From positions 2,658,702 through 2,722,701 of the forward strand of contig MU055753.1 of the NCBI GenBank assembly GCA_013239625.1: 64,000 nucleotides of DNA. The letters are read 5' to 3'. Both the position numbers and the translations under genes were made by a program. The notes below the pieces were generated by a model, which made no database searches, was not told the origin of the DNA, and saw nothing but the letters and a program-made list of their open reading frames with translations. Of this stretch, positions 12,951 to 23,738 are shown in pieces. This stretch comes from Lama guanicoe (taxonomy: Eukaryota). How positions within the stretch are numbered: position 1 is the stretch's first letter; each line of letters starts with the position of its first letter.

Positions 12951-13875
12951 ACTAAATTAATGTTTTTTAAGACACCATCAAACGGCTTCCTCCTAATTTA
13001 GATGAAGCTTTGGCTCTCCCCCAACCCAGTCACCTCATTTCTCATCTCTCCATCCTCCTAATATGAATTTATCATAATTTTTGGTTAAGTCACTGGTCAG
13101 TGTTTCTATTATTATGACCATGTAGTGTCCTCTGCTGAGCCAAGTAGTGGACTATGATTACATTTCCTTTCTCATTGATAGCTGTCTTATTATTTTTCTT
13201 TGCTTGTTTTTCTATATTCTTGTTTTGTTATTTTACCCTAAATTTTCCAAGCTCCTTGCAATAACTTTTCCTGGTTCTTAAGCACACAAGGAGATCACCC
13301 ACAATCAATTCCATATTTACTCTGGAGATCTCCCTCTGGAAGCCAGTGGCCTCTTGCTCCAATCTGGACATCCATTTTCTAGGACATCCACTCTCTAAGC
13401 TTCTGCACAGGCATCATTTGAATGGGAACACATAAGCTAAATAATTTGTCCTTTTTATGTTGCTGACTTTATGCTGGATGGAAAGTTTTTCTGGGTATAG
13501 AATTTGTGATGGAAATCATATTCCCCCAGAAAGTTGAGAGAACTTCTAGCTTCCAGTGTTCTAGGATTGTAAGTCTGATTTTCAGTCCTTCTTACAGGTT
13601 CTTCTCCCTCCTTACTCCCTTCCCCTGAAGATTTTAGGCCCTTTGTTTTATCTACAGTACACAGGTACTCCATGATGATCTCTCTCACTGATGCTGTCTC
13701 TTTCCCTTGATTGGGCCCTTTCAATATGGAGACTCATGTCCTTCAGATCTGGCATATATTGCCTTATTGGCTCTGACAACTTTCACCTCTCCATTTCCTC
13801 TGTTCTCTCTGAAATTTCTATTAATTAGATATTGTGCCTGCTGGATCCCAACTTTCATCTTCTTATTTTCTCTGT

Positions 13876-14000
13876 TTTTTGTTTTGTTTTTTTAATTAGG
13901 TTTATTAATTTGTTTCTGCTTGGAGGAGGTACTGGGGATTTGACCCAGGACCTCTCGCATGCTGAGCATGCGCTCTAACACTTGAGCTATACCCTTCCCC
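13876..14000 (-). mobile_element. tRNA-derived SINE, Vic-1 type
   Basis: Minus strand GGGGAAGGGTATAGCTCAAGTGTTAGAGCGCATGCTCAGCATGCGAGAGGTCCTGGGTCAAATCCCCAGTACCTCC plus A-rich tail. Confidence 0.8.
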
Positions 14001-14141
14001 CTTATTGTCTCTGTTTTCTACCTTGTCTTTTTGTTCTGCCTGCTGAGAGATTTCTTCAACTCTGTCTTCCATTTTGCTCTTGAACTTTTAATTGTTATGT
14101 TTTTAATTTCTAAGGGTTCTTTTTTGTTGTTGTTTTTACTT

Positions 14142-14793
14142 GTTTTATTGAAGTATAGTTAGTTTACAATGTTGTGTCAATTTCTGGTGTACAGCATAAT
14201 GTTTCAGTCGTATGTATACATACACGTATTCCTTTTCATATTCTTTTACATTTTAGGTTACTACAAGATAATAATTCTCTGTGCTATCAGTATAAACTTG
14301 TAGTTTATCTACTTTATATATAGTAGTTTGTATCTGCAAATCTTGAACTCCCAGTTTATCCCTTCCCACCTTCTTTCCTTCCTGGTAACCGTAAGTTTGT
14401 TTTTTATGTCTGTCTGTTTCTGTTTTCTGAGTGAGTTCGTGTTTTTTTAAATATTCCACATATAAGTGATATCGTATGGTATTTTTCTTTCTCTTTCTGG
14501 TTTATTTCACTTAGAATGATGATCTCCAGGTCCACCCATGTTGCTGCAAATGGCATTATTTTATTCTTTTTTATGGCTGAATAGATAGATAGATACCACA
14601 ACTGCTTTATCCGCTCGTCTGTCAAAGGACATTTAGGTTTCCATGTCTTGGCTATTGTAAATAGTGATGCTATGAACATTGGGGTGCATGTATCTTTTCG
14701 AATTAGAGTTCCCTCTGGATATATGCCCAGGAAAGGGACTGCTGGATCATATGGTTAAGTCTATTTGTAGTTTCTTAAGGAACCTCCATACTG
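14142..14793 (-). mobile_element. 5'-truncated LINE-1 (ORF2 C-terminus and 3' UTR)
   Basis: Translates as MFIASLFTIAKTWK-PKCP...IYSAIKKNKIMPFAATWVDLEIIILSEI, the typical L1 ORF2 end; 3' end actatacttcaataaaa. Flanking AT-rich DNA (~11680-14120) looks like older decayed L1. Confidence 0.9.
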
Positions 14794-14929
14794 TAAGTAT
14801 ATAGTGTACGTATGCCACAGTACTCACGGAGCATACTCATGGAGTACTGGAGCAATACTTAAACTAAAACATTCGCTGTTATGGGAGGGTAGGCTGGCAG
14901 GAGACAAGGGACCGAGGAAATGGGAACCC

Positions 14930-15180
14930 GACACACACCACCTAGCGGCGGCCAGCAGCTGCTCTCCAAGCATTCCGCTCCGGCTAGAGCGCCCAGTGCC
15001 TGTGGCGCCGCTCTAGCCGGCTCCTCACTGGGGCGGAAGTCGCACGCGCACTTCCGCCGGGCGGGGCCGTTGCTGGGCGGGACGGTGACGTCACCCCGGA
15101 AGGGGCGGGCCCGCCGGGACCAGGCCGTGCCGCGCCGCGCCGCGCCGCGCCGCGCCGGCCGGGAAGGGGCCGGATCCCGC
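14930..15180 (+). promoter_or_regulatory. ZNF598 CpG-island promoter
   Basis: CTCF-like CACCACCTAGCGGC (~14936-14949), ETS cores GGCGGAAGT/CACTTCCGCC/CCGGAAG, GC boxes, palindromic CRE TGACGTCA at 15086-15093. Confidence 0.7.
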
Positions 15181-15183
15181 ACT

Positions 15184-18100
15184 ATGGCGGCGGCGGCGGC
15201 GGGCCCCGAGGGGCGGCGCGTGGTCCAGGATGCGGCGGCGGCGGTGCCGGAGAGGGGCGGCGGGAGCTGCGTGCTGTGCTGCGGGGACCTGGAGGCCACG
15301 GCGCTGGGCCGCTGCGACCACCCAGTATGCTGCCGCTGCTCCACCAAGATGCGGGTGCTGTGTGAGCAACGCTACTGCGCGGTGTGCCGCGAGGAGCTGC
15401 GCCAGGTGAGCCGCGCCGGCGGGGCCGCGCATCGGGGCGCGGGCGCGGCCAGTCGGGGCGGCAGGGAACCCAGCGGCCGGAAGGGGACTTTACCTTCCTG
15501 GTGTCCGGCCGCAGGCCTGGTGGCGCCGGCTTCCAAAAGAGAGGCCTGGCGGGACCACTTGGGGCGGGGTCCCGACCGCAGGGCCGACTCTGGGGCGTCT
15601 GGGGCCATGAGGCATGAGATGGCCGATCTAATTTGAAGAGGTAGCGATCCCTTTGGGGACAGAGCCCGCGGACTTTCCTCCTGCTCCCCGGGAATTCCTG
15701 CTGGGCCACAGAAGGGGTACGATCAGAGCAGGAACCCCTCGACCTGCTCGTCTTTGGGAGTTTATTCCTCAGGGGTCTTCATTCCGATGGAGGCAACGGG
15801 GCAAGTGGGCACCCTCAGACGCGGTCTGTCCTGGAATTAGAGGGTCAAGCGAGCTTTTCCAGCCCAGCTGTTATTTCTGGACCTCCCTGGGTTACGCTGA
15901 GCAAACTCCTTTTCATCTATTAAGTGATGGTGGCACTCTGACCTGCCCACCAGAGGGGAAGGCAGAACCACTGAGGTCTCCTCTGGTTGCTTGGTGGGTG
16001 GGGATAAAAGTGTTATGAAGTTTTTCTTGCCAGTCCCAGCTGGGGGCTTAACTCCAGAGTTGGGGGATGGGGGCAGTTTCTGACTCTCCAGACTCCTATG
16101 AGCCCTAGTGAGGTTAGAGGGCAACAGGGAGCTTTTCCTCACTCTCCCTGCAATGCCAGCTGCTGGCTGGGAACGCCTAGCTGGAGCTTCCTTGGTTTGC
16201 TGTGCTTTGAGATCTGTTTGCTTCTGCAGTTGTGAAATTCCCCTGGTTTGTTCATGGAAAGCTTGAGCTGGTTACATCTACCAGGGAATCTTGAGTTTCT
16301 TCTTTCTAGAAGTGATGCAGAAACGACTTTGTTCACTTTTGTTGTTGTTAGAGATTTATGTTAAAAGAGCCTAGGAAATGCTGTAATCCCATGACTACTC
16401 TGTGGTTACCTATTCTGTTCACTATTGGAAAGACACTTGGAGACGCTGTCAGTCTATCATGGGGAGTACAGAGAGGGATGCGGATCTGGGAGAGAGCAGA
16501 GGTGCCGGAGCAGTCGGGGAAACCTTGGATCTGTGATTTAGTCAGAAGGCACCTCCCAGCTTTGCCAGAGCCTGCCTTGTCGGCTAGTCTTTCATGACAT
16601 GATGTAATTCTTGAACAGCCAGGTTTCCCAGCATACCTGTAGTTTCCTTCCAGGAAGGCAGACAGGCAGGCAGGCGCTGTGGAGTCCCTGGCCCTGGGTG
16701 CTGCAGGTCTCACTCAGGAAGTGAGCAGACATCTATATATGGCTCCTCTAGCTAGCATCTAGCCTCTCTCATTCCTTGTGGGTCCCACACCCTCCAAGTG
16801 CTCTGTGGCAAGGGGGTGTTGACATGAGCTGTCAGCTGGCTCCAGCTGGGATGTGGTTTGGCATCAGGTGCCCTGGCCGAGCCTGACCTTCCTCTTGGGC
16901 CTGCCCTGAATTGCTAAGCAGCAGGAGGGTGTACTGGGAAGTTTGCGGAGATGATGCTCCTCCCCATTCATCCTGCTTCCCTCCCACTCTTGAACTTGCA
17001 GCACCCCCTGTCCCTCTTGTTCCCTTGTTGAGCCCTGCATTGTCCTCTGAATACGTCCTGTGTCCCATGCCCCCTTGGGAATCCCACAGTGACCCCTAGC
17101 CCCTGAAGCCTGCCTCTGCTCTGCCTCCTGTATGGAACTAAGTCTTTGTGAAAATTGGAAGGAAAGTATGCCAGGATGCAGGGACAGGCCAGCTTCATCT
17201 GCTGGTTAATTCCTACATCTTGATCTAGTGCCTTCCTATGCCTGCTCAGGGGGGCAGCCTTGCAGCTGCCGGTCAGGCGAGGAGCCAGATCAGTTAAATT
17301 GCTCGGCAGGTGCTCAAGGCAGAGGCCAAGGCGGCTCCCACCTGATGGGCAGCGGTAGCATTGGTCTTGAGGGCACTTTGGTTGAAACTGATGTCAAGTC
17401 CCAGGTTCCTGTCCTCTCTTCCCTGGTTGTACCTTTTACACAGGCCACTTTCCTCTGAAAGCATTCCACCTTGTCTGGACCCCTGGTGATGCCAAAGAGG
17501 CTTGATGGGGCTGCTATACAAAGTGGGATATGTCTGTCTTAGGAGGGGAACTGCAGGCCACCTAGTGCAGCCCCAGTGCCCTGTTTCATAGAAAGTAGGA
17601 AAGGAGGCTGAAGGCAGGTCAGGAGGCGGGACCTGCTGACTCAGGTCATGCTTTTCTATTGTCCGTGCTCCCTCCCCCCACCCTGGTCCTGGCCCTCTTC
17701 CTCTAAGATTACCCCTGCTCCATCCCCCTCTGGCTCTTCTTGTGCCTGTGTTCTAGGTAGTGCTGTCTCTGGGGGCTCACTCTGTATTCCCTCCTCTCCC
17801 CCAGGCCCACCCCTCACCATCCAGCTCACTCTCAGCACTGGTCATTGCTAATACCCCTGTCCTCTCATCCACTCATTCTCAGTGAGTGCTCACTGCATGC
17901 TGGGAATGGGGAGCAGCAGGGCCCCAGGCAGAAACCCTTAGGCAGGGAGAGTCTGAGGGGGCTCTTACCCCCATCTCCCTCTCCTCACGGCCTGGCCATC
18001 TTGGGGTCCACCCAGGCTGCCCAAGTATCTAGGCTTGGTCTGTACCTCTGTCCTTGGACCTATGATCTCCTCCCGTCAGGGTGATCACCAGGGTGGGTGG

Positions 18101-21100
18101 GTCTCAAGCCACACTGGTTGGATCACTGGTGGGTTCCTGCCCATCCCTGGCCAGGCCACCACACCCTCATTCTTGTCCAGCCACTCAGTCTTGCCACTCA
18201 TCTCACTCTCTGCTGGGGGCAGGGGACACTGGCCACACCAGGCTGCAGTACCATCCATCGTCTGCTCGTTGCTGGACCTGGCCTCTGGTGCAGGCCTGAG
18301 GGTCCAGTCCTGCTCCCAGGGCCTGTCCAGGGGTGGGTGCAGTTGGCATTTCCCCATTCCATGCCCCCTGGCTCCTAACCTGCTCACCCTCCTTCTAAAA
18401 CACACACAGCTTTGAGCTTGCATGCCCATGGCTTCTTTCCTTTCCCAAGCCTCTTCTGTGGTTCCAGCCCTTTCCCAAGCCAATCCAGTTTCCCCTTTCT
18501 GACCTGTCTCAGGTGTGCCTAGCCAGGGCTGTCCCACTAGACCGCTCAGGAGGAACAGACGCCCTGCCCAAGCTGATTGTCGCTCAGTCCACGGCGAGGG
18601 TACCCACAGCCCAGGGAGACACTGCCTGTGGTGGATCAGAGCTGACCCCTGAAAGGAGGGTGCCAGAGCCGGGATGAGGGTAGGGGGAGCCTTCTGGCAT
18701 GGGTTTCCTCTGGGGAAGTTGTTCCTTTGCTGAGTCTGTTGGGCTGGGATGCTTTTTGGCAGCTTTACGGTTTCCCTCTAGGGCTGCTAATCTGAGTCTC
18801 AGTGCTTAGTTCCTTATGCTCTGTGCTCCTCCAGCAGCATCCTGAGTGGTTCATGGCCCTGCACCTGCAGGCACCTATCTCTGGACAGGAACTGGGGTTT
18901 CTGCTGGAAAAGCCCCCTTAGGAGTGGTCAGAAGGCAGGGCTGGGTGTAGGCTTGCTCTTGGAGGGCAGATCCCCTGACAAGAGGCCAGTGCGAGGTCCA
19001 GGGACCCTCCCTATGTTCATTCAGGGCCTGCAGAGAAAGCCAGGGCAGAGAGTGTGGAGGCTGACCCTTTGGAGGCAGAGCCAAGGCTCCCCTTTGAAGA
19101 CAGGTCACAGGAGTGCAGCTGGGATGAGGTGTGCTCAGTGTGGGGCAGGGGCAGGGGTCGGTGGCCATGTTTATCCTGCCTGGCTTTACCAGGCATGGCG
19201 ACAAGGGGAAGAAAGGCCTGTTGGGGGTTCATTCCTCCACCCCTACCTCGCTGTGGCCCCCAGAATGGGTGTGGCTGGACCATGACACTTCCCTTGGGCT
19301 CCTTTGGGGGCAGAATCTGGGGAAGACTTGGTGGTCAGCCTGTTTTCTACCACCATCCCCCACAGCATGTCCTCAGAAGTGGAGGCTGAGCTCCCCGTCT
19401 CCTCCCCCAGGCCCCCAGGGAGCCAGTTTTAACCACCCTGCTGCTGGAGACAGTGTGACCACCCACTCTCTCCAGCCAGTCCTATGCTTTCCCAAGTTCA
19501 CGGCCAATTGTAGTCCCAGACAGCCTCCTTGGCTGGGCCTAAACATAACAGGGGTGTCCTTGATGTGGCCTTTCCCAAGGTGAGGATGTCCCCCGCGTGT
19601 GCTGGTGAGGACTCTGAGCTGAGCTGAGTGCCCTACTTTAGGCTGGGGGGACAGTGGTGGATCTGAAAGGGGCACGGAAAGGAGACAGGACTGTCGTCTT
19701 GATCCAAGTGAGGGAGTGGGGGACAGAGAGAAAGGGGGTGCTGGAGGATGAGGGAGTCCTGGAGGGAACAGTGCCCTTGTTGGCTCAGAGGGGAGGCCTG
19801 AGCCTATAAAAAGGCCTGGGGGCCAGGCTGGGGTCTCTGGGACAGGGGTCTGGTCCTCGTCCATTGCCACAGTTTGTGGAGGTGCAGAGCCTCCAGAGGG
19901 CTGGAGACCCCAGAGAAGCAACCAGGCTGTGGACATTTCTGCATCTAGCTCACCAGCTCATCCCTTTGGTGCCCCCAGACAGCCAAGTTAACAGGCAGGC
20001 AGCCCGCCCAGAATGGCCAGGGTCCATGACCCAGTGCTGCGGGACAGTTCCTCTCCTGTGGTGTTATGGAAGTGTCGTGAGTGGATGGAGGGTGGCCAGG
20101 CATGGTCAACTGATGGGTCCTGGCCTGGCAGCATTATTTCCTTAGCTGCTTCCTGGATTGTGTCTCTCCTTTCTCCCAGTGAAAGTCATCCTGTGCTTGA
20201 CACCCATGTGATTAAGGTTTGGTTTGCCCCGCTGTCTGGTCCCTGTCACTGCCCCTGGGACAGCCTCTGTCTGGCAGGTGCCAGTTTTGCTGTGGATGAG
20301 TGGGGAGTCGGCTGCCCCCTGGCTGCGAGGCCAGGGATTGCTTCTCTGTTTTGGCAACCCTAGGTGGCTGGGCTGCGGGTGAGCAGAGGGGGCGTGTCCG
20401 CCTCCCGTTCTTTTCTGCTTGACAGCGCCTTCCAGTGGACATCCCGGGCCCCGCTCACCGTGCCCTTGTACTTTCGGTTCCAGGTGGTCTTTGGGAGGAA
20501 GCTTCCTGCCTTTGCTACAATCCCCATCCACCAGCTGCAGCATGAGAAGAAGTATGACATCTACTTTGCTGATGGGAAAGTGTTTGCCTTATACAGGTGA
20601 GAGAGGAACCCTCAGCCTGGGATTCCGAGAGTCTGCAGGGCGCTTTGTGGTGGGGACGGGCACATCCCCATCACCTCCTGTGCTCCTCACAACACTCAGG
20701 TGGGTGGGGGCACTTTCTGTGGCACAGACATCAGGGTCAGGTGGCTAAGTTCCCATCATTGGTCTTCTGTCCTGTAACTGGGGGTGCTCACACCCCCCTC
20801 CTGGGGTGGTGGTAGAGATGAGGGGCAAGGGGGTGAATTCAGGGAAAGCCCTCCTGGTGTAGCACCCAGCACCTGCTTCCTGAGGGCTCTTGGAAGTGCA
20901 CAAGAGCTCTTGCAAGTCAGGCTCTTAGCCCATGGTGGGAAAACCCCGTAAAGTGGTACAGTTATCTTGGGGCCGGTCCTCATCTTCCAGGTGAGAGGGC
21001 AGCCGCCTGGCTCAGCTAGAACCTGGGCTTTTGACCCCAGGCTCCTGTGTGGGCTCAGTTATAATATTCATCTGACACAGAGGTCAGTCTCCTGCATCAT

Positions 21101-23676
21101 GGCCCCACCCCCGTCACATGGCCTTGTTCAGCTCAGGCACTGGCCCAAGCCCCATCTGACTCAGTGGTCAGAGCTCCAAGGTGCATGGGGAGCCGAGTGC
21201 CTGTCTTCTGGCTCCCACTCCGAGAGTGTATCCAGGGCCTTGGAGCGGTGGACCATGGGGAGGGTCTAGTGCTCACTCTGGATGACACTGCTGAGTGCCC
21301 TCGGGTCCTGGTGCTCTTGGTGTCTCCCTAGGCAGCTTTTGCAGCACGAGTGCCCGCGATGCCCTGAGCTGCCACCTTTTGGCCTCTTTGGGGACCTGGA
21401 GCAGCACATGCGGAAGCAGCACGAGCTGTTTTGCTGCAAGCTGTGCCTCAAACACCTCAAGGTGAGCCCCACCCTGCCTCCACAGCAGCTGCTTGGGTCT
21501 TTGGGACATTTAGGGAGTCCCTGGCTGAGGTGGATGGTGTCCAGGCCCTGTAGAGGCTGGCGTAGGGGTGCTCAGCAAACAGCTGTGAGGGGCTTATTGC
21601 TGCCCCTGGCCCTGGCCAGGCCGGATCCCCAGGGCTTCCCAGCACCCACCCAGCTCTCCTGCCTCACAGAGCCCTGGGGTGGTGACCAATCAGGCTGCAC
21701 AGCCCAGGCAGGGCAACCTCCTAGTAACCACGTGGGTCCTCCAGGTTGCTGGTGTTGAGGGCCCTGTGACAGAGCTGATGCCACCAGGATCCTTTGGTGG
21801 TGTTGGGCTGTGGGGAGAGGTAGGGGGCCGGGGAGCCCCCACCCCATGCCCAGCCCTTCCCCACTCCCTGCAGATCTTTACCTATGAGCGCAAGTGGTAC
21901 TCGCGCAAGGACCTGGCTCGGCACCGCATGCAGGGGGACCCCGATGACACGTCGCACCGCGGGCACCCGCTCTGTAAGTTCTGTGACGAGCGCTACCTGG
22001 ACAACGATGAGCTGCTCAAGCACCTGCGGCGCGACCACTACTTCTGCCACTTCTGTGACTCTGATGGGGCCCAGGACTATTACAGGTGGGTGCGGTAGCA
22101 CAAGGCCCTGGACACCTGGGCAGGCTGGGCACAGGCCGTTGGCCACGGTGCCTGGCGGCCCCAACTAACAGCCCATCCCCGGCAGTGACTACGCATATCT
22201 GCGCGAGCATTTCCGAGAGAAGCACTTCCTGTGTGAAGAGGGCCGTTGCAGCACCGAGCAGTTCACCCACGCGTTCCGCACCGAGATCGACCTTAAGGCC
22301 CACAGGACAGCCTGCCACAGCCGGAGCCGTGCTGAGGCCCGCCAGAACCGCCAGATCGACCTGCAGTTCAGCTACGCACCTCGGCACTCACGCCGGAATG
22401 AGGGTGAGCAGGCCTCTCCTTTGCTGAGTGGAGCTCCCACAGCTCCCACCTGGCCCCCGAGGCAGTGCTCACCTTGTGGAGCCCTGCTCTGGAGGCCTCA
22501 GACCCAGGTCCTGATCCGACCGCTCACATATCGACGGGGACAAGGGAAACACCTGTTGAACCTGCATCTGCCAGCCCATCGAGTAGCTCTGAGCACCTGA
22601 GCACATTGGGACAGGGAGCTCTTCACTCCAGCTGGCTCCCGCAATGTCTTGGATCTGCTGCTCTGAGGTCCCTGGGACTCGTCCCTGGGTCAGGAGGATT
22701 ATTGAGCACCTGCTATGTGGGCGTTCCTCCTGGGAGTGTGGGGTTGGTAGGGCCAGGCCCTTCTCCCAGCACCATTCTTGCTCTGACCTGGTGCCCAGGC
22801 CATAGAGGTCTGGGGCTGTTGGGGACCCCAAGAGGTGTCAGCCCATCCCCCAGGGCTCATGTGCTGTGGGGGGCGGGAAGGCTTCTGCTGTCCAAGCTGG
22901 AGCACTGGCTGTGGTCTTGCCCGGGCCCATGACAGGCTGTGTGCTGGCTGCAGGGGTTGTCAGTGGCGAGGACTACGAGGAGTTGGACAGGTACAACCAC
23001 CAGGGTCGCGCAGGCCGGGCCAGCGGCCGTGGAGCCCAGCAGAGCCGCCGAGGAAGCTGGAGGTACAAGAGGTGGGAGGATTCACGTGCCACTGAAGTTC
23101 TCCTGGCACCACCCCTGAGGCGGTGGCAGCGGCCGGCAGCTGGGCTGGGAACAGGCACTGGGGTCCGGGGACTTCAGCCTTTTGGTCTCTGGTGTCCCCA
23201 GCATGGCAACAGGGCCTGCTCAGTGTCCTCAGTGAGCACATTTCCTCCTCTTTTTCCTACTTTCAGCCAGAGACACGAGGAACCTGTGGGGTGGGGTTGT
23301 GTGAGAGAGGCTCTGAACTTGGGGGTTCAGGGCAGTTATGCCTTGAAGCCCGGGCACACAAGCACACTCAGGCTGGGGTTGGCCAGGCTGGATCAGGGCA
23401 TCTGTGGACTCCAGATGCTGCCCCAGAGAACTGGGTCCAGGTGCTGTCTGGGGAGCTGGAGCCTCAGGCTGGCAGGCACATGTTCTGCTGCCTCCCCAGC
23501 GCCCTCTCCTGGCCGGCGAGGTGGGCCAGCCCCGTTCCCCTGGCCTCCGACCCCTCCCCAGTCCCTCCCCCTGCATACTGCTGTAGTCCTGGGCCTTGCC
23601 CAGCCTGAAGATCTCTCCATCTCAGGGAAGAAGAGGACCGAGAAGTGGCAGCTGCCATCCGAGCCTCAGTGGCTGC

Positions 23677-23738
<62 letters not shown>

